From Candidatus Saccharimonadota bacterium (lineage in GTDB: Bacteria > Pseudomonadota > Alphaproteobacteria > CAJXXZ01 > 1604HC), in contig NZ_CP043315.1 of the NCBI RefSeq assembly GCF_008189285.1, forward strand, positions 270,001 through 302,000: a stretch of DNA of 32,000 nt, in the 5' to 3' direction. The notes below the pieces were generated by a model, which was not told the DNA's origin, searched no databases, and was given only the letters and a program-made list of their open reading frames with translations. The position numbers were made by a program, and so were the translations under genes. Every line of letters starts with the position of its first letter. Within the stretch, counting starts at the first letter, position 1. This document shows positions 1 to 8,303 of this stretch, piece after piece.

Positions 1-2204
1 TCAAGATTCTCCCAAATCATTCTAATTCCTACAGATTTATCTTTAGATAGAATTTTAGTTGGGTATATATCAAATATTTTAATTGTAATATTTTGATCAA
101 ACTCGCTTTTAATTCTATTCATGATTGTTGATATTTCTACTTTCTGCGGAATGTTAAATGACAAATCCTTATAAATAACATTATGCATTGAAATTTCATT
201 AATTGCATTATCTTTATTTTCACTGTTTAGTCTATGAGCTAAATCTAAGTTAATTTCAAATGCGAATGCTTTATGTTTAATTTTAAAATGCTTCATCATA
301 TTTTTATCTACTTCAATCAATTTGCATATTGATTTGTCTTGAATAATCCATTCGCATCCATTATATAGATTTTTTTGTGAATCACATCTTACATTATTCA
401 TTTTTAGGAAATTTTCCACTTCCAACTTACAATCAAAGAAGTCTTTTTCTTTTGATTTCCAGTCTTCTAATTTGTTAATCCAAACACACCCTAAAGAATT
501 TGATTCATATTTTTTTGCATTCTTTGAAAATATTTTACCAATTTCAAAAATTCCATCGCATTGCCAGTTGTATCTTAAATATTTGCTAATCATATGTAAT
601 AGCCCAGGAAGCAAGGAAGGGCGCATACTGTGTTGTTTTGATGTCATGGGATTATTTACATTAACTAATTCGTGATTAAATAGCTCAGAATCTTTTTTAT
701 CCATAAATGAATTATTTAAAACTTCATAAAGGCCGCGTTGAGTCCAAAATTTCCTCATGTCAAAGTCATTATTATTGCTAAATGTTACTTTGCTAAATGG
801 CAAATCCTTTGAAGGTATGTTGTTAATTCCATAATACCTAATTATTTCCTCTATTAAGCAATGAGGGTCTTTTATGTCATTTCTTCTCCATATAGGAGCA
901 TCAACACTTATTTTATCATCATCATTTTGCATAATTTTAAATCCAAAATCTTGCAAAGCTTTGATTACATTGTTTTTGGCGTATTCATGACCTGAAATAT
1001 CCGATATTTGATCAAAATTCAAATGAATAATATGTTCATTTAATTGTTTGATGCATTTTATCCCTGAAATAAATTTATATCCCAAATATTTTTCTAATAG
1101 TTCAGATAAATAATTTACTGCGATTTCTAAATTTGAAGAATCTCCATAAGAATATTTTAAATTACTTTTTTCGCAATTAAACGATATTGCATAAATGTTG
1201 ATATTGTTTTTATTTTTACTGTTCTCATCTCTAGCATCGCTATTTTCATTGCCAATATTTATGTCATCTTTTATTTCTACCCTTAAATCAGAAATGTTTT
1301 TATCAGATTCATGAAAAATATCTATGGTATTTTTTGCCTCTAATTTAACCTCAGATTTAACCTCAGAAATATCTTTGTCAGATACATAAAAATTATATCC
1401 AAAAGCATAATGAACATAATTTACAATATTTTCCATTGCGCTATCTGTAATTTTAGCCCCAATCTCACTTAAGCGATTTAATATGAAAAATGGAGTTTTG
1501 TTTGATTGGTCATTTTTTGAATCTTTGTTTGTGTTTCTACTCATAGTGATTTGCGCATAATCAATATCTTGACTCGCATCAAAAGGAGTTTTTGATAAAT
1601 CTGAATCTTTCAACGAATTTTTGTTTTTATATAATTCAAATTTGGAATCTGAAGAATCTGCAAACCCTGCTGAAGTTTCTCTAGCAATTCCAGCAATATT
1701 TAAAACATCTTTTCTATTTGCTGTTACTTCTATGTCAAATAAATCTCCGTCATCAAATAAATCTCCCACAGAATCTTCAATATTTGCATATTCTGTTATA
1801 TCTAATATTCCATCAGAATCGCCATTATTTATATTTAATTCATCAGCAGAACAAAGCATTCCGCAGCTTTCAATTCCTCTTATTTTAGCTTTTTGAAGAA
1901 CGAAGTTATCTCTAGGAATTTTTGCTCCTATGCGCGCTAAAATAACTCTCATTCCTAAATATAAATTTGATGCGCCGCAAACAATTTCATATTTTTCATT
2001 ATTTTTTGTTTTTACAACACATAAATTTAATTTATCTGCATTTGGATGTTTAGATAATTCTAATATTTCTGCTACTGCAAAGTTTTCAAAAGAATTTTTA
2101 GCTTTTCTTGATTCTATCTCCAATCCTCTTTCAATTAATCTGCTTTCAAGGTTGTCCAGCTTAAAATCATAAAACTCTTTTATCCAGTTTGTTGTAAATT
2201 TCAT
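1..2204 (-). CDS. pheT: phenylalanine--tRNA ligase beta subunit (3' end runs off the window start)
   Basis: My own minus-strand translation from the ATG at 2204..2202 gives MKFTTNWIKEFYDFKL...AEILELSKHPNADKLNLCVV...IVCGASNL...KIRGIESCGMLCSADEL, the canonical PheT N-terminal tRNA-binding domain. The frame stays open down to position 3 (...FDIYPTKILSKDKSVGIRMIWENL, an FDX-ACB-like C-terminal region). The start forms an ATGA overlap with the pheS stop. It is absent from the ORF track because no stop lies inside the window. Confidence 0.85.
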   Translation of the reverse strand, partial: MKFTTNWIKEFYDFKLDNLESRLIERGLEIESRKAKNSFENFAVAEILELSKHPNADKLNLCVVKTKNNEKYEIVCGASNLYLGMRVILARIGAKIPRDNFVLQKAKIRGIESCGMLCSADELNINNGDSDGILDITEYANIEDSVGDLFDDGDLFDIEVTANRKDVLNIAGIARETSAGFADSSDSKFELYKNKNSLKDSDLSKTPFDASQDIDYAQITMSRNTNKDSKNDQSNKTPFFILNRLSEIGAKITDSAMENIVNYVHYAFGYNFYVSDKDISEVKSEVKLEAKNTIDIFHESDKNISDLRVEIKDDINIGNENSDARDENSKNKNNINIYAISFNCEKSNLKYSYGDSSNLEIAVNYLSELLEKYLGYKFISGIKCIKQLNEHIIHLNFDQISDISGHEYAKNNVIKALQDFGFKIMQNDDDKISVDAPIWRRNDIKDPHCLIEEIIRYYGINNIPSKDLPFSKVTFSNNNDFDMRKFWTQRGLYEVLNNSFMDKKDSELFNHELVNVNNPMTSKQHSMRPSLLPGLLHMISKYLRYNWQCDGIFEIGKIFSKNAKKYESNSLGCVWINKLEDWKSKEKDFFDCKLEVENFLKMNNVRCDSQKNLYNGCEWIIQDKSICKLIEVDKNMMKHFKIKHKAFAFEINLDLAHRLNSENKDNAINEISMHNVIYKDLSFNIPQKVEISTIMNRIKSEFDQNITIKIFDIYPTKILSKDKSVGIRMIWENL

Positions 2205-3205
2205 AATGCGATTCCTTTGCTTCCGTATTTTTTCAACCAGGGTAAGTTATTATCCACTAAATCATGTATTTCACTTATTCCAAATTTTATCATTGCAATT
2301 CTTTCTAAACCAATTCCGAATGCAAATCCTTTTTTATATCCATTTTTCTGTAATATATTTTTTCTGATCATTCCTGCGCCTAATATTTCAAGCCATTTCC
2401 CATTATCAAATTTTACATCTACCTCTACTGATGGCTCAGTAAAAGGAAAATACCCAGGCCTTAATTGAATCTCCACATCATCTTTTTCAAAGAATTTCTT
2501 CAAAAAATCAAGCAAAAATCCTTTTAGCGTTGAAACTGAAGCATTGTCATCCACAATAAATCCTTCAATTTGATGAAACATTGGCAAATGAGTTGAATCA
2601 TCGTCTCTTCTATACACATCTCCAATTGAGTAAATTCTGAAATTATCTTTGTATTTTCCCGACTCCAAAGCTCTGATTTGCACTGAAGTTGTATGTGTGC
2701 GAAGTACATTTTCCTCAACAAAAAAAGTATCTTTTTCATTTCGAGCAGGATGGTTTTTTTCTATATTCAGCGCTTCAAAATTATAATATTCACTTTCTAT
2801 AGAAGGGCCTTTTTCATGACAAAAACCCATCTCTTGCATGATTTTGTGTATTTGTTCTTTGGCGAGTGAAAGAGGGTGCATCTTGCCAATATTTGAGTAT
2901 ACAGGAATAGTAAAATCAACTTGCTCTGCAGATTGAGCTAAGTTTTGCATTTCATTAATTTTCTCTTTGTATAAATTGCTGAAAAAATCTTTCAGGTCAT
3001 TTATTTTTTTACCTACTATTTTTTTATCTTCGCCATTAATATCAGGATCTTTCATGCATTGTCTAAGAATAGTAGTGATTATCCCATCTTTTCCTACAAA
3101 ATGCGATTTAGCTAAATTTAAATCTTTGATATCGTTGCATTGATTAATATGCTCGGTAATATCTAATTGAATTTTTTTGCATTTTTGATCGTCAAATTGA
3201 TTCAT
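2201..3205 (-). CDS. pheS: phenylalanine--tRNA ligase alpha subunit
   Basis: A 334-aa ORF with class II aaRS motifs typical of PheS (FRIYSIGDVYRRD, HQIEGF, GFAFGIGLERIAMIKFGI). It lies directly upstream of pheT with a 4-nt ATGA overlap. Confidence 0.95.
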   Translation of the reverse strand: MNQFDDQKCKKIQLDITEHINQCNDIKDLNLAKSHFVGKDGIITTILRQCMKDPDINGEDKKIVGKKINDLKDFFSNLYKEKINEMQNLAQSAEQVDFTIPVYSNIGKMHPLSLAKEQIHKIMQEMGFCHEKGPSIESEYYNFEALNIEKNHPARNEKDTFFVEENVLRTHTTSVQIRALESGKYKDNFRIYSIGDVYRRDDDSTHLPMFHQIEGFIVDDNASVSTLKGFLLDFLKKFFEKDDVEIQLRPGYFPFTEPSVEVDVKFDNGKWLEILGAGMIRKNILQKNGYKKGFAFGIGLERIAMIKFGISEIHDLVDNNLPWLKKYGSKGIAL

Positions 3206-3622
3206 ATTTCCTCTTTTTTAACCTTATTATAGATGCATGAGATTAAATTTGAAATATCTTGTTTGGCAGATAAGGTGCAAAAAATATAATTTGTCATTTA
3301 TTGTTTTGTTTATTCTAATGTCGTTTGTAAATTATAAACTTAAATGTCTAAAAATGCATAAATTATAATTAAATTCTGATGCGTAAAAAATGAACAAATA
3401 AATTAATGGTTTAACAATTCTTAATTTAAAATACTAAACATTAATAAATTCAAAGAGCATGCGTTATAATTAGTTAAGCAAGTTCTAAAACTTAAATTAT
3501 TTCTTAATTAACAAGGCAATTAGAAGAGATTGCATAATTGCAACAAGAAGGCCTGATTATCCAAATTAAGTAAATAGCTCTATTTCTTCTATCTTCGAAA
3601 TTAAAATTCTATATTGATTTAC

Positions 3623-3937
3623 TTAATCAATATTTGAATTAATCCATTTCTGCAAATCTTCTGCGCTCATAGATCCAGTTTTTCTGTCAATTTCTTTTCC
3701 ATCTTTTAGAATGACCAAAGTAGGTATGCTTCGTACGTTGTAATTTTGAGAAATAGAAGACATCTCATCTATGTTGATTTTGCAAAAACTAACACCATCA
3801 TTCGATTCTTTCGCTACTTGTTCAAAAATAGGCGAAAAATTTAAGCAAGGACCGCACCATTGAGCCCAAAAATCTAGCACACATAGTCCAGATTCTAATT
3901 TATTCAAATTTTCTTGATTTATATTTATAACGTTCAT
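3623..3937 (-). CDS. trxA: thioredoxin
   Basis: A 104-aa ORF with the WCGPC active site (DFWAQWCGPC) and thioredoxin length. A GGAGG Shine-Dalgarno lies 5 nt upstream of the ATG (reverse complement of 3938..3950). Confidence 0.9.
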   Translation of the reverse strand: MNVININQENLNKLESGLCVLDFWAQWCGPCLNFSPIFEQVAKESNDGVSFCKINIDEMSSISQNYNVRSIPTLVILKDGKEIDRKTGSMSAEDLQKWINSNID

Positions 3938-4092
3938 ATTTCCTCCGTATTGAAATTATACGACTTTTTTGGTAAAAAACACATGTTGGTTAGTGAAAAT
4001 CATGTAATATTTTCGATCATAATTGCTAGATATATAGCAGTTTGATTTAATTGAAAAAGTGTGGTAAAAGTTGTTTAAGAATCGGAGTTTCT

Positions 4093-4347
4093 ATGAAGTT
4101 AAAGTTAAAAACTAAAAAAGCATTGATCAAAAGAATAAATGTATCCGCTACTAGACTAAAAAGAGGAAGTGCCTGCAAAAGGCATAACTTGAGAAGAAGA
4201 AGCACAAACATGAAAAGACAAACTAGAGATTTGCTAGATGTGCATGTTTCTCATGAGAGAGCAATAGCGAGATGGGCTCCATATTCTAGATTAAGAAGAA
4301 TGAAATCAAAAGCAGCTTCATCATATTCAGCAAGGGAGATAATTTAA
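4093..4347 (+). CDS. rpmI: 50S ribosomal protein L35 (with a ~20-aa C-terminal extension)
   Basis: MKLKLKTKKALIKRINVSATRLKRGSACKRHNLRRRS... has the basic L35 pattern, and GGAG lies 6 nt upstream of the ATG at 4093. The ORF-track start at 4051 is a TTG that would add 14 non-conserved residues. The stop abuts the rplT ATG. Confidence 0.8.
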   Translation: MKLKLKTKKALIKRINVSATRLKRGSACKRHNLRRRSTNMKRQTRDLLDVHVSHERAIARWAPYSRLRRMKSKAASSYSAREII

Positions 4348-4701
4348 ATGACAAGAATTAAAAGAGGAACAAATAAAAATAGAAGACATAAAAAGATTTT
4401 AGAGGCTTCTAAGGGTTATCAAGGCAGATCTTCAACTTGTTACCGTATTGCAAAATTAAGAGTTGAAAAAGCTTGGCAGTATGAATATAGAGACAGAAGA
4501 AACAAAAAAAGAGATTTTAGAAGACTTTGGGTGCAAAGAATAAATGCAGCTACAAGATCTTTGGGAATGAATTACAGTAGATTCATGAACTGTTTGAAGA
4601 AGTCTGAAATTGATCTAAACAGAAAAATGTTGTCTGAGATCGCTATTGCGCATCCAACTCAGTTCAAATCTTTGTTTGATCAAGTTGCATCATTTGCTTA
4701 A
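4348..4701 (+). CDS. rplT: 50S ribosomal protein L20
   Basis: [18 protein letters not shown]...GYQGR...[24 protein letters not shown] is a typical L20 sequence. The gene follows rpmI immediately. Confidence 0.95.
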   Translation: MTRIKRGTNKNRRHKKILEASKGYQGRSSTCYRIAKLRVEKAWQYEYRDRRNKKRDFRRLWVQRINAATRSLGMNYSRFMNCLKKSEIDLNRKMLSEIAIAHPTQFKSLFDQVASFA

Positions 4702-4905
4702 TAGAAATATTCAAGCAAATAAAGCGCAATTATTTTGAATTTTTAAATAGATAGTAAAATCAAAATAGGTAGTAAATATCAACAAAAAGAGATTTATTAT
4801 ATGATTTTCAATCAAAAAATTTTTGAAGCAAACTTTGATAATTCAGAAAAAATCAATATATTATGCTATAAATCACTACAAATTATAGTTTTGTGAAATA
4901 TTAAA

Positions 4906-5179
4906 AGATTTTAGATTTTAGATTTTAGATTTTAGATTTTAGATTTTAGATTTTAGATTTTAGATTTTAGATTTTAGATTTTAGATTTTAGATTTTAGAT
5001 TTTAGATTTTAGATTTTAGATTTTAGATTTTAGATTTTAGATTTTTAGATTTTAGATTTTAGATTTTAGATTTTAGATTTTAGATTTTAGATTTTAGATT
5101 TTAGATTTTAGATTTTAGATTTTAGATTTTAGATTTTAGATTTTAGATTTTAGATTTTAGATTTTAGATTTTAGATTTT
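4906..5179. repeat. heptanucleotide microsatellite (AGATTTT)x39, with one unit carrying an extra T
   Basis: Counted directly. There are 20 units from 4906, and the 20th (5039..5046) is AGATTTTT. A further 19 units run from 5047 to 5179. No other substitution is visible. Confidence 0.95.
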
Positions 5180-6012
5180 AAAAGGTCATTGATCTAATAA
5201 TCTATACTATAGCTTCATGATTTAATCATCATAACATTTATTGTATAGTTTATTACATAATTGAGTTGTATTACAGAGTTATAAATTACATTGTAAAAAA
5301 TATTTAAGAATATTGTTTTGTTAAATTTGTGTTCGTATTGATAGTGATTTTACAAACAAAAAATCTAAACATTTAAGAGCATTGCTATTAAAATTATTTG
5401 AAAATTGCATAGCAAATTTCTGTTTAATTATATTTATACTGACTATTTATTTAAAAACTCAAAACTGTGTATAAATTCTACTTATTCTGTTGGTATTTGC
5501 TATTTATTGTACATTTAAAACATTATTTATTTAAATTTATTTAAAAATTAAAAAATCATATTTAATTGGCAGTTATTTATAGCATTTGAGTAAATAAATA
5601 TTCTTTTGCATATAAGTTTATCATTTCAGGAAAAATGAAAATGAATTTTAAGTAGATCAAAAGAGAATCAATTAAGAAAGATAAAAATGAATTTTGCAGG
5701 ATTAGTTTGCAGAATTGTTATATAAAATCAAATTAATTGAATGTCACATAAAATCAAAATTGACTGAAATATTGCATAAAATGTATAAAATCATAAATAT
5801 TTCTTGAAAGCATTTTGACGAAAGAATGAAATATTTCTAGAATAAATTAAAAGATGGCTAATAGCAAAAGAAAAAATAACAAGAGTTGTAAATTCAATGA
5901 AATTACCAAATTGTTTTCAACAATATGCAAATTTTTAACAGTATTTGCTTGTAAAATTTAATAAATTGAATGGAAGTTTGTATGAAATGAATTTGTAATT
6001 TTCATAGATTTA

Positions 6013-6110
6013 AAAAAGCTGAACAACCTTGCAAAAAAAATCAATAATTTTTTATAAATATTAAATAAGATCATAAATATCTCAAACTTCCATACCTTTA
6101 ATCTTAGAGG
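6013..6110. repeat. copy A of a ~97-bp imperfect direct repeat in the rplT-ychF spacer
   Basis: AAAAAGCTGAACAACCTTGCAAAAAAAATCAATAATTTTTTATAAATATTAAATAAGATCATAAATATCTCAAAC... aligns by eye with 6188..6284 at roughly four matches in every five positions. Confidence 0.7.
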
Positions 6111-6187
6111 CATTTGCTTGCAATGTTAAATGAGCCTTATGCAGATTGAGTAAAATTGCAGTAAATCAATAATTTTTATAAATTTCG

Positions 6188-6284
6188 AAAAAGCTGAATA
6201 ACTTTGAAAAGAAATCAATAATTTTTATAAATGTTAAATAAAATCATAAATATTTCAAATCTAAACAGCTTTAATTTTGTAGAT
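6188..6284. repeat. copy B of the ~97-bp imperfect direct repeat
   Basis: AAAAAGCTGAATAACTTTGAAAAGAAATCAATAATTTTTATAAATGTTAAATAAAATCATAAATATTTCAAATC... lies 175 bp downstream of copy A. A partial third copy (ATAAAATCATAAATATTTC) is at 5786..5804. Confidence 0.7.
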
Positions 6285-6501
6285 GATTTCTTATAATATT
6301 AAATGCAATTATAATTTTTTATAAAATTTCAATGAGATATCAATAATTTTCATAAATTGTAGAGAGAAAAATTGGCAAAAAAATCAATAATTCATAAATT
6401 GCAGAGAGAGTGCAAAGTAATTTTTATGGGTGAAAAGTATTAATTTCAGAATAAAGGTAATTTGATTTGATCAATGAGAGTATAATGAGTATAATGCTTT
6501 T

Positions 6502-7584
6502 ATGGGATTTTCTTGTGGTTGTGTAGGCTTGCCTAATGTTGGTAAGTCTACTTTGTTCAATGTTTTATTAAAAAAAGCTGTTGCTGAAGCATCTAATTAT
6601 GCGTTTTGTACTATTGAGCCTAATAAAGGGCATGTTGCTGTTCTTGACTCTAGATTGGAAATTTTGTCTAAAATCGAAGGATCAAAGAAAATAATTTATC
6701 CAACATTGGAATGTGTTGATATTGCTGGTCTAGTTAAAGGTGCTAGCGAAGGAGAGGGTTTAGGGAATAAATTTCTTGGGCATATTCGCCAAGTAGATTT
6801 AATAATGCATGTAGTTAGATGTTTTGAAAACAAAGATATTACACATGTAGAAGGAAGAATAAATCCTGTTTTTGATGTAGAGCTTGTAGAAACAGAGTTA
6901 ATTTTTGCTGATTCTGAGATTCTTGATAGATGGGTAAACAAAAAAGGAAAAGGAGTGAAGCATTCTGCTAAGGAGTTAGAATTGGCTAAAAAAGCTCTAG
7001 ATCTTTTAAATAATGGAGTTTATTTAAGTAATTCTGGTAAGTTTAATGAAGAAGAAGTTGATGAATTGAAAAAGATGGGAATTATTACTATCCTTCCTAA
7101 GTTTTATGTGGCAAACATGTCAGAAGATGATTTCAAAAACGGAAACGAATATCTTGATAGTCTAAAAAAAGCATATCCTAGCGATATTATTATTCCTATC
7201 TGCGTCAAATTAGAAGCAGAGTGCCTGGAATTAAATGATGAAGAGCAAAAAGAAATGTATGATGAGTATGGATTAAAAGAAAATGGATTGAATCTTGTTT
7301 TGAAAACAGGATATAACATGTTGAATTTGCATACATATTTTACAATAGGACCCAAAGAAGCTAGAGGGTGGGCAATTTCTAAGGATGCGTTGGCTCCTGA
7401 AGCTGCTGGAGCTATACATACTGATTTCGAAAAAGGGTTTATCAGCGCTGATGTTATTTCTTATGATGATTTTGTGGAATGCAATGGGCATGCAGAGGCT
7501 AGAAATAAAGGAAAATTAAGGCAAGAAGGCAAGAAGTACATTGTGCAAGATGGCGATGTGTGTAATTTTAAATTTAATGTTTAA
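6502..7584 (+). CDS. ychF: ribosome-binding ATPase YchF
   Basis: A 360-aa ORF with N-terminal MGFSCGCVGLPNVGKSTLFN (G1/P-loop). The C-terminal ...GKKYIVQDGDVCNFKFNV is typical of the YchF/OLA1 family. Confidence 0.95.
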   Translation: MGFSCGCVGLPNVGKSTLFNVLLKKAVAEASNYAFCTIEPNKGHVAVLDSRLEILSKIEGSKKIIYPTLECVDIAGLVKGASEGEGLGNKFLGHIRQVDLIMHVVRCFENKDITHVEGRINPVFDVELVETELIFADSEILDRWVNKKGKGVKHSAKELELAKKALDLLNNGVYLSNSGKFNEEEVDELKKMGIITILPKFYVANMSEDDFKNGNEYLDSLKKAYPSDIIIPICVKLEAECLELNDEEQKEMYDEYGLKENGLNLVLKTGYNMLNLHTYFTIGPKEARGWAISKDALAPEAAGAIHTDFEKGFISADVISYDDFVECNGHAEARNKGKLRQEGKKYIVQDGDVCNFKFNV

Positions 7585-8259
7585 TTTATTAGGCTAAATT
7601 TATTCATAGTTCAATCAATTTAAATTTCATTAGGGCGCTTGTTAATTTCAATAGCATTTGATCTTCCAATCTTTTTGCTTATGTGAATTTCGATTAACAA
7701 TTCAACTGTATAAAATTTGCTTAAAATATCTCGTTAAAATCTAAAATTATATTTATTATATTCAATATATCATTAAAATCTCAATAATACCTATTTGCCA
7801 ATTCTTTAGCTTATGTAAATTTAGCTTAAATTCTTTCATATATTTGGATATATATTATCCTGTGTTTTTATCTTTATTATGAATTTGTTAATTTCATTCT
7901 GATTATTTTTATTTTTCGATCAGTTATTAGAATTAATAAACGCAGAAAATTATCTAAGTTTTGTAGATTTGCATAATTAATCGCTTTGTTTTTTATATGA
8001 CATTTAATTTTCAACTCATTAGAATTATTTATTCAATCTTTATGTTTTTTGCATTATCTTTCTTGATTGTTGCTAAATTATAATTCTATTTTATATGTGT
8101 ATCAAGCAATGCATTGCTAAATTGCATAATTTTTTAATACAATTCATCATTTATTGTAATATTTATTGTAAATTAATTTATATTGAATGCAATTTTACTT
8201 ATTATATACAGTTAAATCAAATTGAGTTTAAATTAGTTTTAAATAAAATTTATTAGCTT

Positions 8260-8303
8260 TTTCTTTACAAACACTTGGCAAAATTAATCAAAATGGAGGA
8301 CGA
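8260..8303 (+). promoter_or_regulatory. conserved 5' module TTTCTTTACAA-N9-AAAATTAA-...GGAGG upstream of the 905-aa gene
   Basis: The same motif, with the same 9-nt internal spacing and the same distance to the ATG (44, 43 and 46 nt), is found upstream of the 1033-aa and 543-aa genes. Confidence 0.4.

Noticed and set aside
472-2172. Plus-strand ORFs 472..675, 1621..1896 and 1930..2172 from the track
   Set aside because: They lie antisense to the clearly recognisable pheT reading frame. Their products are low-complexity Ser/Phe/Leu-rich sequence and no SD is present, so they are shadow ORFs.
2217-2739. ORFs 2217..2468 (+) and 2524..2739 (-) inside pheS
   Set aside because: They are in an alternative frame of, or antisense to, a well-conserved pheS frame and carry no independent signals.
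4051-4092. The TTG start at 4051 for rpmI given by the ORF track
   Set aside because: It adds 14 residues (MKKCGKSCLRIGVS) that do not resemble L35. The ATG at 4093 is preceded by GGAG and gives the canonical basic L35 N-terminus.
4906-5179. The heptamer array as a CRISPR array or a telomere-like repeat
   Set aside because: The unit is only 7 nt and has no spacers, so it is not CRISPR. AGATTTT/TTTTAGA lacks the G-cluster of telomeric repeats, and the array is internal to bacterial gene context.
4702-6501. The replication origin (oriC) in the long spacer
   Set aside because: I found no convincing DnaA-box matches (TTATCCACA or close variants), only AT-rich iterated motifs, and dnaA or other usual origin neighbours are not present in the window. 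I keep it as an open possibility inside a finding, not as a feature.
6696-7491. Minus-strand ORFs 6696..6941, 7104..7355 and 7273..7491
   Set aside because: They are antisense shadows within ychF.
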